From: Eledone cirrhosa
Taxonomy: Eukaryota
Assembly: GCA_964016885.1 (NCBI GenBank)
Contig: OZ024755.1
Span: forward strand, 36,518,001-36,582,000
Length of the DNA: 64,000 nucleotides
Direction: 5' to 3'
Under the pieces are notes generated by a model. It was not told the DNA's origin and did no database searches. It was given only the letters and a program-made list of their open reading frames with translations. Below, one piece after another: positions 25,322 through 38,025 of this stretch; position 1 is the first letter of the stretch; each line of letters opens with the position of its first letter. The position numbers and the translations under genes are program-made.

Positions 25322-25664
25322 TTATATTATAATAATAATAATATACGAGGGGATACTGAAAAGTTCCTGGCTTTGGTTAAAAGAAAATACAGGAGTATCA
25401 GTTAATTATGATCATTGAATCTGTCAAAGAAATTCTAAATATGGAAACAAAGCGTTGAAGTGAGAGCCCTCAGAGTAAACTGAGATGTTAGCAAGCAGAA
25501 AAGAAGGTAGGACTCTAGTGCACCAGTTGTAAAATATAAGCTATGGGTGCACAAGAGATGCAGTAGGATCACAGGCAGGTTGATAAAGAAGAGAGACTTC
25601 ATATGTAGCAGATGCACATGAGGAGTTTAGCAGTAAACTACTACTAACTATGGCCGAGTTTACA

Positions 25665-26145
25665 CTCGCAAAGATTCAGCACACTTTCTCCAATCATCCC
25701 AGTTGAGCGGACATTTCTCAATTCATCGATGTTATCAATGTTGACATCTCTTAGCAGGGTATCAATGAACGAGACGGCCTGTTTCCCCACACTTCTTCAT
25801 CTGACTGTCGGTTTCCAGAGCACAAGTCGTGATGCTATCTCTTCTGGATGACAGATGCAGTGCCCAGCCAGTTTCATTCGTCTGCAGGCAACTTTTCTTG
25901 AGACTGGTGGTAATGATCTGTATAGTTCCTTATTTGCCAGCTTCTGTTCCCAAGAAATTTTGAGAGCCATTCTCAACATCCTCATGTAACATCCATCAAG
26001 TCTCTTGCATAGTACTTTGTCAATAGTCCACGTTTCACTACCGTAAAGTAGGACGGATTCAACAGTTGCTAGGATGAGGTGCTCCTTGATTTTGTGGTTT
26101 AGATCAGACTTACACACCTTCAGTAGCTTGTGGCATGCCGACCAG
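25665..26145 (-). mobile_element. RTE LINE 3' fragment
   Basis: ATVESVLLYGSETWTI...LAGHCICHPEEIASRLVLWKP. Confidence 0.85.
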
Positions 26146-26179
26146 TAAAAGCACCCTTGAAATTAATTCCTTCATATGC

Positions 26180-26420
26180 TAGGAAGGCTCCATAGAAGTA
26201 ATTGATAGCTTTCAAGGCAGGTATTCCAGTAAGACTGGTGAAGAAAAAGTTCTGAGAGCTATTACATCTGCTGGCAACAAAAAGATTCTCAGCCCAAGTG
26301 AAAAGCAGATTGTATGATGCTTGTATATTATGCGTGATGTTGCATGATAGTCAAACAGAGGTACTGAATATGAATCATGTGCAAATGCTGGAAATAAATA
26401 AGGACAGTACACTCCCCTGG
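26180..26420 (+). mobile_element. Highly decayed RTE fragment
   Basis: Aligns by eye to the reverse complement of 6600-6870 (GSIEVIDSF...KKF.ELL.LLA.K.FS...LYDACI). Confidence 0.55.
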
Positions 26421-26732
26421 ATATGTAATGTTAGTATGTGTGAATGACAGAATACAAATCAGCTGAGAGAAAAGCTTGGTATAATAGAAGTCACAATAAT
26501 TACACCCAGTACACGCTGTAAGGGTATCCAGCCTTAGAAAACTTACCAAACAAAGGGTCGAGAGAATCCTTCTGTTGTGTCAAAGACACTGGTACAATAT
26601 GCTGATGCTCTACAACAGTGGTTCCCAGCCTTTTATACACCATGCCCCACCTCAACATTTCAAAAGTTGTTATTGCTCCCCACCCCATATTTATATGAAA
26701 ACAGCAATGATCAACAGCAAAGTGTAAAGAAT

Positions 26733-27585
26733 TTGGTGTAGGTGGTGCCAGATGCACAATAACACGTGTGGAAGAGGTGGGACAGGAGTTTCCGACAGTA
26801 ATGGGTACCAAAGTTGCCTTGGTGTAGGTGGTGCCAGATGTACAATAACATGTGTGGAAGAGGTGAGACAGGAGTTTCCGACAGTAATGGGTACCAAAGT
26901 TGCCTTGGTGTAGGTGGTGCCAGATGTACAATAACATGTGTGGAAGAGGTGGGACAGGAGTTTCTGACAGTAATGGGTACCAAAGTTGCCTTGGTGTAGG
27001 TGGTGCCAGATGTACAATAACATGTGTGGAAGAGGTGAGACAAGAGTTTCTGACAGTAATGGGTACCAAAGTTACCTTGGTGTAGGTGGTGCCAGATGTA
27101 CAATAACATGTGTGGAAGAAGTGAGACAGGAGTTTCTGACAGTAATGGGTACCAAAGTTGCCTTGGTGTAGGTGGTGTCAGATGTACAATAACATGTGTG
27201 GAAGAAGTGAGACAGGAGTTTCTGACAGTAATGGGTACCAAAGTTGCCTTGGTGTAGGTGGTGCCAGATGTACAATAACATGTGTGGAAGAGGTGGGACA
27301 GGAGTTTCTGACAGTAATGGGTACCAAAGTTGCCTTGGTGTAGGTGGTGCCAGATGTACAATAACATGTGTGGAAGAGGTGAGACAGGAGTTTCTGACAG
27401 TAATGGGTACCAAAGTTACCTTGGTGTAGGTGGTGTCAGATGTACAATAACATGTGTGGAAGAAGTGAGACAGGAGTTTCTGACAGTAATGGGTACCAAA
27501 GTTGCCTTGGTGTAGGTGGTGCCAGATGTACAATAACACGTGTGGAAGAGGTGAGACAGGAGTTTCTGACAGTAATATGTACAAA
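26733..27585. repeat. 86-bp minisatellite, ~10 copies
   Basis: Unit ttggtgtaggtggtgccagatgtacaataacatgtgtggaagaggtgagacaggagtttctgacagtaatgggtaccaaagttgcc. Confidence 0.95.
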
Positions 27586-27721
27586 GGTTACCTTAGTGTC
27601 AATGTAATAAGGTAAAATATGAGGTTTGTTTTCATTAACATCATTTTCAAATGGTCTCCATAAATATTGAAATTACCTCCTTGAATCACTGTTCTACGGA
27701 AAGTTATTAATATCTATATTT

Positions 27722-28281
27722 AAGGAGTGGGGAGACCCAAGAAGACCTGGGATGAAGTGATAAAAGCCAACCTTACCCAATTACACCTCTCAAAGGCGAT
27801 GACACACAACCGTGACCTATGGCGTCATGCTTTAATACAGAAGACCCCCACCCCCACGGGTACAAGCCGAAGCTGAAGCATATAGACAATATGCCCCACA
27901 CCCTCCCACTGCAAGGTGGTCGTGGAGGTGCCACGCCAAAAAAGCATCCAGCCCACACTGTAAAATGGATGTGTAAGTGCCACGCCAAAAAAGCACCCAG
28001 GCCACACTGTAAAGTGGATGTGTAGGTGCCACAGAAAAAAAGCACCCAGCCCACACTGTAAAGTGGTCATGTAGGCGCCACAGTAAAAAGCACCCAGCAC
28101 TCACTGTAAATGAGGTTGGTATTAGGAAGAGCATCCAGCTGTAGAAATCAAGCCAGAATCAGTTCCCGTATGAGCAAGACATGGTCAGCCAACCGGCTAC
28201 TGCCCACAACAGGACAACCCGTCTAACCCATGCTAGCGTGGAAGAACAGATGTAAAACGGTGATGATGATGATGATAATGA
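27722..28281 (+). mobile_element. 5'-truncated RTE with 48-bp 3'UTR repeats
   Basis: GVGRPKKTWDEVIKANL, followed by 48-bp repeats and a (GAT)n tail. Confidence 0.85.
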
Positions 28282-28286
28282 TTTAA

Positions 28287-28501
28287 CCCTTTACCATTTA
28301 CATTACTCTATATATACTATTATATTTTTTTGGTAAAGGCTTCACATAATTATCTCACATAATATCGAATCTACAAGATTTTGATGTTATTTATTTTGAG
28401 AACAATACCTTAAATTACTACGAGTGGTCAGTTACAGCTGGTTTGAATAGAAAGAGGTGAGAGAATTCTGGTTGGATATGGCCGGTTTATATACTAAAGG
28501 G
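28287..28501 (+). mobile_element. piggyBac-like MITE (intact)
   Basis: TTAA|CCCTTTA...TAAAGGG|TTAA. Confidence 0.8.
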
Positions 28502-28559
28502 TTAAAAGAACTCTAGAAAATCAGATTGACAATAAATTGGCTTGCCAATTGCTTCAGAT

Positions 28560-28760
28560 AAATCTTGTAGCCAAGAATGACCACAAGAATGACCACTTGG
28601 CAGAAAATTATAAATCCATTGCTGCACTAAATATAATGTAGAAAATTTACACAATCTTTCTAAATAAATTCCTGAAGGTTGGTGAGGAAAAAAGCCTGTG
28701 TAGAGATGTGCCAAATAACTTTTGATAAATAACATTTCCAATAGAAGAGACTTGTTTCTA
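28560..28760 (+). mobile_element. Decayed R4/Dong-like LINE RT fragment
   Basis: KNDHLAENYKSIAALNIM*KIYTIFLNKF resembles the NYRPIACLN..YK motif at the start of the RT. Confidence 0.45.
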
Positions 28761-29324
28761 GGTTAGTAACCAGCTCTTTCCATATTGATGATAAATTTGA
28801 TCATGAAAGAACTTACATGCAAGAGAAAGTACATATATATATATGTGTGTGTGTGTGTGTGCGTGTGTGTGCATCCTGTGTATATATATATATATATACA
28901 CATATGGGTATGTATATGTGTGTGTTTATACACACACACATACACTCATGCATAAACAAACATGTATACATAAACATATATACAAAAGGATATGAAAGCT
29001 GAATGAGGAAACAAAAAAAGATAATTATTCCGATTTAGAAGAAAAGTCCTTTTATGTCATTAAAAGCTATCAATTTTGTAACAGATATCGAATATCAGAT
29101 ATAAATTGAATTTTCAGTACTTTGAATTCTAATCAACAGTAGTAGTAGTAGTAGTTGTTGTTGTTGTACTTATGCTAGAAACAACAACAGTGGTTGTGGT
29201 GGTGACAGTGGCAATAGAAGAAGTGGAGGCTGTGATTGGAATGGTGGTAGTAATGGAAGAGGTAACAGCAACAAGGAGGGAATGGGGGTGATGATGACAA
29301 TAATTCTGGTATTAGTCCCAGCAG

Positions 29325-29778
29325 TTTCTCTATTGCTAGTTTGGTAAGTACAAGGCCAGCAATTTGAAGGCGGAGGCGAAAGTCGATTAAATCTTTATTC
29401 AACGACCTCGTAAGGATGAAAGGCAAAGCTAACTTCTGCGGGATTTGAACTCAGAATGTAAAGAGATGTAACTATATGCTGCAAAGCATGGTGCCCGATT
29501 TTCTACTGGTACTGCCAATCCCCCACCTTTACAGTGGTAATAATAGCAATGGTAGTGTAGCTAGAAGAGGATGTTGTAGGAGGTAATAATAGTAATTGTT
29601 TCTACTTTAGGCACAAGGCCACCAATTACCCAGTGCATTACTGGTACTTTATTTTATCGACCCCGTAAGGATGAAAGGCAAAGTCAACCTCGGCGGGATT
29701 TGAACTCAGATCGTAAAGGGACGTAACTATGCTGGAAAGCATGGCGTCCGACCCTCTACCGATACTGCCAATCCACCG
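29325..29778 (-). mobile_element. Two family-A SINEs (29325-29527, 29595-29778)
   Basis: Core and A/B boxes. Confidence 0.8.
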
Positions 29779-30589
29779 ATAGTAATACTGAGGAATAAGG
29801 TGTTAGAAACTGCAGTACATCAGATTTAGTAGGACGGAATTCTACTTGTGATATACTTTAAATTAAATTAACGGCAAAATGAATTATTTCAATATCAGTA
29901 GCTAATGTGTTCATTAAACAAAGCAAAACTGCTCTGATCTACAACTATTGCAAATAAAACTGATAGAAATAGTGATATCTCAAGTGAAATTAACAGCAAC
30001 AACAGCAACAACAATATTTAGAAAGATGGGCAATGGTTTTATCATTATAACTACACATCTTTTTACACAAGTTTCACACACACACACACCCACACACACA
30101 CACACAGGTCCTGCTAACCCAAAACTATTGAAAAACACTTTAATATGTTATAGATTGTACCCAACACTAACAATCTTTTACCAGCATCTGGCTAATAGAA
30201 TATTTGAAGAAACTTAATCACTCATTAATTTTAATGCATCCGGTGTTAAATTTTGTAGACGCAATTAATGAACACAGCTCAAAGACTTCAAGTCCAAATC
30301 ATGCAGCCATAAATTGCATGTTATTAGATGTTAGATTGTGCAAAATCAATGAAGGTACTAGATTCCAATGTAAAGAAAACTAGTTCAATTTAACAGGTGA
30401 CTGGTTATTCTAATATTCAGAATGAAAGGTAGGAATCGTTTAGAAACCGATATAATCCACCAACTATAAATGAACTTGATCAAATGTTGAAAACATTTAA
30501 TTCATTTAGTGTCCTCTTCATTATACATTTTTTACCAGCAGACCATAACTTAACCTCTGATAGAACACCAAGCCTGAGAGGAATTCATG

Positions 30590-30905
30590 CTTGAGAGGAA
30601 TTTATGCTTAAGAGGAATAAACTGTAGTGTGAGGGAGAGAAGACTGTGATGGTATGGACATGTGATGCACATGGAGGATGGCCGCTGGGTAAAGAAGTGC
30701 CAAGAAATCCCAGTAGAAGGAAGATGCAGTAGAGGAAGACCACAAAAAACATGGGTGGAGGTGGTGAGAGCTGACCTCAGATCGCTGAAGCTCACGGTGG
30801 AGATGACGACAGACCGTGACAAGTGGAGAGATGCTGTGTTGAATAGGACCCATCCCACCCTTGCAAGCAGGGAAATGCAGACGTATGATGATGATGATGA
30901 TGATG
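30590..30905 (+). mobile_element. RTE LINE 3' end
   Basis: WYGHVMHMEDGRWVKKC...RGRPQKTWVEVV, with a (GAT)n tail. Confidence 0.85.
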
Positions 30906-31971
30906 AGAATGATGATGCAATAAGTGAGGCAAGTAAGATTAATCATTGCATGGTCAACATAACATTTTGTGAACTGATGAACTGGCATTGTGTCATTCGA
31001 TCATCTTTTGATCCACTTGTTAGTATTCTTTAAAATGTGGTTCTCAACCTTTTTGAAGGTACATTCTATATAACTAACTTGTTCATGATAATGCAGCTCA
31101 ATATGAATTCAAAATCAAAACAATAGCACTAAAAAAAAGCTTCAAAACTCTTGGGAATGTTGTTTACGAATACCGTATACTTTAATACTATAGCAGTACA
31201 CAGTGATAAGAAACTTGTATTGAAAATGGTTGGTTTATAAGAATAGTGAAGCTAGTGAAAAAGAATAGCTGCCAGCAGTTTTGATTTCAAATAATTATAA
31301 TTTTGCTTTATGAAAGAAAATGGAAAAGAAAAATTGTTTAATTCTATGGTTTTCAGTGAAAATCAACTAAATTACAAGTTTATTTACAAAGGCTTTCTGA
31401 ATCACTGTCTCTGAAGCTGATACAAAATTAGTTATCCATCAACTCAGGCTTTGCTGTTGTTAAAAAATATTTATGACATAAGGCACAAGATAAAATATAG
31501 AATTTAAGACAAAGACTTAGTTTGCAGGAAAAACAAAAGGAAATGATTTTGAAAAATACATGTTCTATGCATGATCAAAAGAAGCTACCTTTGTGTGAAT
31601 GATGCAGACTGGAATTTGAAGATATTTGAATAACTTAAAGAATTTACAGCTTAGCAAAGAGTTAAAATATTGTAAAAAAAAAGTTTTAACCCTTTTATTA
31701 CCTATATTTTGATTCATTAATGAAGAATTTTGAGGGATTTACTAAAATTATTAATTATTTCAATCTTAAGTCAGTATTTGTAACAAAATCAAATAAAACT
31801 ATGTTGAAAGGTTTCAATTTAAATGAGAACCCTTTAAAATGGGTGGTTTTACTTCATAGGACCAAAGGCAATTTAATAAAACTTTAAAAGACAGTGGTTT
31901 AAAATTCTATGATTCAGAAAAAATAGCTCAGCATTATCATGTATGTTCATAATACTAAGGAAATGTCTTTA

Positions 31972-32193
31972 ACCCATAGGCATTTAAACCAGCTGTATCA
32001 AGCCAGAATTCTCTCACCTCTTTCTGTTCAAATCCGCCATAACCGGCTGCTCATACTGATGTTAAGGTATTGGTCCCAAAATAAATAATATCAAAATCTC
32101 ATAGATTTGATATTATGTGAGATAATTATGCGAGGTAAAGCCTTTACCACGAAAATACAATAGTATATATAGAGTAATGTAAATGTTAATGCG
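31972..32193 (-). mobile_element. piggyBac-like MITE
   Basis: TTAA-flanked, same internal sequence as 7159-7378. Confidence 0.75.
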
Positions 32194-32471
32194 TTAAATA
32201 TGAGGATTATTCAAAGTGAAAAGCAAGTCATACACCATCATCACCACCACCATCGCGCCCACCATCATCACCACCACCATCGCGCCCACCACCACCACCA
32301 CCACCATCATCATCATGTTGAGTTTTCTCAGACAACGTTGATAATTCTTCTTCTCCACTTGTCCATATCCAACATGGCTTCTGTGAGTTCATTCTTTCTA
32401 AGATTTGTGTCTTTAAAAACCTGCTCCAGAAATATAGCATGAGGCCACCATCCTCTTGTTCTACATGTGTG

Positions 32472-33440
32472 GGTTCCCATAGCAGTAACTGGTATAATGT
32501 CTCAGTCATGTGACAGTTCCCATAGCAGTAACTGATATAATGTCTCAGTCGTGTGACAGTTCCTATAGCAGTAACTGGTATAATGTCTCAGTCGTGTGAC
32601 AGTTCCTATAGCAGTAACTGGTATAATGTCTCAGTCATGTGACAGTTCCTATAGCAGTAACTGGCATAATGTCTCAGTCATGTGACAGTTCCCATAGCAG
32701 TAACTGGCATAATGTCTCAGTCATGTGACAGTTCCCATAGCAGTAACTGGTATAATGTCTCAGTCATGTGACAGATCCCATAGCAGTAACTGGTATAATG
32801 TCTCAGTCATGTGACAGTTCCTATAGCAGTAACTGGTATAATGTCTCAGTCATGTGACAGTTCCTATAGCAGTAACTGGTATAATGTCTCAGTCATGTGA
32901 CAGTTCCTATAGCAGTAACTGGTATAATGTCTCAGTCATGTGACAGTTCCTATAGCAGTAACTGGTATAATGTCTCAGTCATGTGACAGTTCCTATAGCA
33001 GTAACTGGTATAATGTCTCAGTCATGTGACAGTTCCTATAGCAGTAACTGGTATAATGTCTCAGTCATGTGACAGTTCCTATAGCAGTAACTGGTATAAT
33101 GTCTCAGTCATGTGACAGTTCCTATAGCAGTAACTGGTATAATGTCTCAGTCATGTACAGTTCCTTGAGCAGTAACTGGTATAATGTCTGTCATGTGACA
33201 GTTCCTATAGCAGTAACTGGTATAATGTCTCAGTCATGTACAGTTCCTTGAGCAGTAACTGGTATAATGTCTGTCATGTGACAGTTCCTTGAGCAGTAAC
33301 TGGTATAATGTCTCAGTCATGTGTGAGTTCCCATAGCAGTAACTGATATAATGTCTCAGTCATGTGACAGTTCCTATAGCAGTAACTGGTATAATGTCTC
33401 AGTCATGTGACAGTTCCTAGAGCAGTAACTGGTATAATTT
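32472..33440. repeat. 43-bp minisatellite, ~22 copies
   Basis: Unit (c/t)atagcagtaactggtataatgtctcagtcatgtgacagttcc. Confidence 0.95.
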
Positions 33441-33532
33441 CTGTCTTCTAGCCTGTATTATCTTTGTTATTGGTCTCAGGTTGCTGTATAATGACTTGTT
33501 TCTTCTTTGCTCCCTCCAAGATACATTTTATA

Positions 33533-33971
33533 CTGTCCTCAATAGTCTTGTATATGTACCATCTCTTTTGTGAGTGTCCAACACTCTGCTCCAAACACAA
33601 GCACCCTGTCCTCAATAGTCTTGTATATGTACCATCTCTTTTGTGAGTGTCCAATACTCTGCTCCAAACACAAGCACACTGTCCTCAATAGTCTTGTATA
33701 TGTACCATCTCTTTCGTGAGTGTCCAACACTCTGCTCCAAACACAAGCACACTGTCCTCAATAGTCTTGTATATGTACCATCTCTTTCGTGAGTGTCCAA
33801 CACTCTGCTCCAAACACAAGCACACTGTCCTCAATAGTCTTGTAGATGTACCATCTCTTTCGTGAGTGTCCAACACTCTGCTCCAAACACAAGCACCCTG
33901 TCCTCAATAGTCTTGTATATGTACCATCTCTTTCGTGAGTGTCCAACACTCTGCTCCAAACACAAGCACAC
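33533..33971. repeat. 73-bp minisatellite, ~6 copies
   Basis: Unit ctgtcctcaatagtcttgtatatgtaccatctctttcgtgagtgtccaacactctgctccaaacacaagcaca. Confidence 0.95.
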
Positions 33972-34371
33972 TTTCAACTGTTGATCAAAAGAACTTAACC
34001 TTTAGTTTGGTGTTCAAGTTTGATTTCCAAATGACATCCATTTTGTTTGCAACTGTCCAGGTTCAAGTCTTTTTCTGAAGTGTTGATCCACAAACAAAGT
34101 TACTTAAAATCTTCAACTCCTTTTAGGTAATCTCCATTGTGTGACACAAGATCACCCTCTTTCTGGTTGTATGCAATATATTCCATTTTAGTAATGAGAT
34201 ATTTTAGTTGGTTTAGTTGAAAGATCATCTCAGAAGAAATATTTTTAAGATGTGTGAAGAAATTATGAGAAAGTGGTTAAAATATGACAAATTATTTATT
34301 TTGTCCATAAATTAATTTAAACACAAGGTGATTGAAAAGCCGGCAGCATACTACATTATTAAGTTGAACAA

Positions 34372-34560
34372 GAGAGCGGTGGATTGGCAGTATCGGTAGA
34401 GGGTCGGACGCCATGCTTTGACGCATAGAGTTATGGCCCTTGCCATTCTGAGTTCAAATCCCGCCGAGGTTAACTTTGCCTTTCATCCTTACGGGGTCGA
34501 TAAAATAAAGTACCAGTAATACACTGAGTAATTGCTGGCCTTGTGCCAAAAGTAGAAACA
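34372..34560 (+). mobile_element. Family-A SINE with 17-bp target-site duplication
   Basis: attattaagttgaacaa at 34355-34371 and 34561-34577. Confidence 0.9.
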
Positions 34561-34899
34561 ATTATTAAGTTGAACAATAAAAATGTATTTGAAATAAGGG
34601 AAGAATGTTGCTGGGCCCTTTCCGAGATTTCTTGTTTAGTGCTACAGCTAGCTAGTATCGTCCGGGAATGTAATTAGTAAAGACTTGTCTCCACGAAATG
34701 AAAACAGGAACTCTTTAGAAGTGAAAAAAGGTGCAGATTTGTTTGCCAGCTGGAAATCATTGCCTGGTATTTCTACGACGACGACTTACAGGCCCGGGGA
34801 CTTACCAAGCGCAACCCAATTGTTCCGCTACAGTAAGTAGTTCCCGTTGCTCACTACACCATCATCTCGTTTATGCAGCCTATTCCACCCTCTATAACA

Positions 34900-35135
34900 A
34901 CAACTATGTGTCTGATAAGTGTGCCATATCACCTGCAACATCAACATCAGTTATTGTTATTTCAGGGTGTCTAGTGCTATGTTGAAGATGTAGTGTGAAT
35001 CCTGTTTGATGAGCATGATACAGTGTAGGTTGTCTCATTACATAGTCAGGTATTAATATAAAGAGAAACGGAGCTAGTGTATCTCTTTGAAGAACACCTG
35101 CATTCATTTTAACCTCTTCAGTATCGTAGACGAGA
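34900..35135 (-). mobile_element. RTE RT fragment
   Basis: AGVLQRDTLAPFLFILIPDYVMR...ITDVDVAGDMAHLS, a decayed FADD region. Confidence 0.75.
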
Positions 35136-35194
35136 TAACTCATCCTAACATGTATGTATTCCAGTGCCACGAACAAGATAACTCGTCCTAACAT

Positions 35195-35410
35195 GTTTGA
35201 ACTCTTTTCCAACAGTTCATAACTTCAAAGTTATGAACTCATTTCCAACAGTTCATAACTTCAAGTTATGAACTCGTTTCCAACAGTTCATAACTTCAAA
35301 GTTATGAACTCGTTTCCAACAGTTCATAACTTCAAAGTTATGAACTCGTTTCCAACAGTTCATAACTTCAAAGTTATTAACTCTTTTCCAACAGTTCGTA
35401 ACTTCAAAGC
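35195..35410. repeat. 36-bp palindromic minisatellite, ~6 copies
   Basis: gttatgaact-cgtttccaac-agttcataac-ttcaaa, with a 10-bp inverted repeat in each unit. Confidence 0.9.
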
Positions 35411-35693
35411 TAGATGGGGTTACTAGTTTATTGTTGCAACATTTGTCAATCATTCAGATATGTGTTGTTAATAAATGTTTGTTTAAAAAAATAGTCATTT
35501 TACTGAGAAAAAACCCGGCATAGCAACTGTAACTGTGTAAAATATACACAGCAGTCAACATAGCAAGTGTAGCTGTGTAAAATATACGCAGCAGTCAACA
35601 CAGCAACTGTAGCTGTGTAAAAATATAACCTGGAATCTATTCCTTGAGCTCATTGAATTATAGGGGATTAACGCGAGTCTATAACTCCGTTTT

Positions 35694-35725
<32 letters not shown>

Positions 35726-35945
35726 GAGTACTTTGCTTAATTTAAATGTAAAAAATTAACACAATACAACCTTAGGTGAACTAAAAACAATTGTAATTTA
35801 ATTAAAATTATTTTGTTTTCCTTAAAAAATAAAACTTGGAAAGTATCTCTTCCTATCTATAATTATGAAATAAATATACCATCCTATAATGGGTTATGTG
35901 AAAAGTTAAGGGGCCACATTCTGTTCTACTTCCTTCTAAGTTATC

Positions 35946-36295
35946 TTCATCATCATCGTTTAACATCTTCCATGCTGGCATGGGTTAGACGGGAATTGTC
36001 CCACTTGAGGCAAGATTGGTCGGGTGACCGTGTCTCACTCGTATAGAACTATCTGCCAGGTTTTTTACGGCTGGATGCCCTTCCTAACACCAACCACATT
36101 TACAGTGTGGACTGGGAGCTTTTTACCGTGTTACCTACACAACCACATTACAGCGGGGACTGTGTTTTTTTGATCTCATTAGTTTTTTTTATCTCATTAG
36201 TTTCTTTGATCTCATTAGTTTCTTTGATCTCATTAGTTTCTTTGATCTCATTAGTTTCTTTGATCTCATTAGTTTCTTTGATCTCATTAGTTTGG
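35946..36295 (-). mobile_element. RTE 3'UTR module ending in an 18-bp array (~7 copies)
   Basis: ttgatctcattagtttct repeats over 36170-36295. Confidence 0.75.
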
Positions 36296-36884
36296 ACTAT
36301 TCAAGTCTAATCCATACCTGAGGTTTCAGAAAATACATGGAACTTGACAGCCATAGGTTTGCATCGCTGCTTACTTTATAAACAAAATAGTTCAAAATTT
36401 TCTGAATTTCTCAAAGGAAAACAGAGAAGATATCGAAATAAGAATAAGCTTAACAGAAAGCACAACATTAGAACAAAGGATTTGTTCAAAGAATCAAAAA
36501 TTCTCAGAAGGATAAAAATGATGTCATAATGACTGCTGAAAGGCAGAAATAGTAAACTAAGATAAAGAAAGTTTTCTGGTTTTCTCTTTAAAAAAAAAAG
36601 TTCAGAAGTAAATCTAATTCAGAGAGAGAAAGAATATAAACAACCAAAACTAGATTTAGATAATTAGTATTTTTCTAGTTCTTATGAACTCAGAAAAAAT
36701 CTTTTAAGAAATACAAAAATATTGTCATGGCAGCAGTGGCTGTGAGATCAACAAGAATAAGAATTAAGATAGCATTCAGTAAACATCCAAAATTATGACA
36801 AAACAAATTAATGGTAGCAGCAGGGGAGGGGGTGATTTTTATGATCATTGTCAAAACAATTCTTAAGAGAGTCTAAAGGTCTAA

Positions 36885-37160
36885 CGTCTGTCTTAAGCCA
36901 GAAGGCTCATTTGGCCGGTGCTTATCCCAGTTTCATGGCGTGAAGCGACTTAGAGTACAAGACTCCCTCCTGGACAGGATGCCAGTCCATCGCAGGGTTA
37001 AACTTCCAGCTATTGCTGGTACTCATTTTCAGCTGAGTATACTGGAGCAACGTGAAATGAAGTGTTTTGCTCAAGAACACAACACACAACCCAGGAATCG
37101 AGCCCACAACATTATGATCGTAAGTCCAACACCCTTACCACTAGGCCACGTGCCTCCACT
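36885..37160 (-). mobile_element. tRNA-derived SINE family B (CORE-like central domain)
   Basis: Reverse complement ggaggcacgtggcctagtggtaag...tgtgttcttgagcaaaacactt. Related copies at 38533-38680, 61155-61480 and 61540-61620. Confidence 0.7.
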
Positions 37161-37324
37161 CTTAAGTGGAATAAATAACAAATCATACAAAAGTAAGAGA
37201 AGTCTGTAACTTAAAACCAAACTGGAGAAAAGTAGCCCGATGCTAATGAAGACATATATAGAAAGAAAAAAAAACTGAACAGGTCAAAGGATTTATGATA
37301 AAATTAATAATTGCTACTATTTAA

Positions 37325-38025
37325 CCCTTTAGCATTTACATTACTCTATATATACTATTGTATTTTCGCAGTAAAGGCTTTATCTTACATAATTATCTCA
37401 CGGCAACAAGCCGAAGCTGAAGCATATAGACAATATGCCCCCATCCCCTCCCACTGCAAAGTCGTTGTGTAGGTGTCACGACAAAAAAGCACCCAGTCCA
37501 CACTGTAAAGTGGTTGTGTAGGTGCCACAGTAAAAAAGCACCCAGTCCACACTGTAAAGTGGTTGTGTAGGTGCCAAAGCACCCAGTCCACACTGTAAAG
37601 TGGTTGTGTAGGTGCCACAGTAAAAAAGTACCCAGTCCACACTGTAAAGTGGTTGTGTAGGTGCCACAGTAAAAAAGCACCCAGTCCACACTGTAAAGTT
37701 GTTGTGTAGGTGCCACAGTAAAAAAATGAGGTTGGTGTTAGGAAGGACATCCTGCTGTAGAAATCAAGCCAAAATCAGTTCCTGTATGAGCAAGACAAGG
37801 TCACCCGACCAAACATCAGCCACAACAGGACAACCCATCTAACAACCCATGCTAGCAAGGAAGAATGGACGTAAAACGGTGATAATGGTGATGAATATTG
37901 AATCTATAAGATTTTGATATTTATTTTGAGAAGAATATCATAACAACATGAGTGGTGGTTCTGTCAAAACCGGTTACGGCCAGTTTTGACAGAAAGAGGT
38001 GAGGGAATTCTGACCGGATAAAGGG
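37325..38025 (+). mobile_element. piggyBac-like MITE interrupted by an RTE 3'UTR (37401-37893)
   Basis: TTAA|CCCTTT...AAAGGG|TTAA with an inserted 48-bp-repeat module. Confidence 0.8.

Larger units (their letters stand above)
32310..34190 (-). mobile_element. Decayed RTE LINE hosting two minisatellites
   Basis: STVESVLVFGAECWTLT..DGTYTRLLR and YQLLLWEPTH motifs. Confidence 0.75.
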
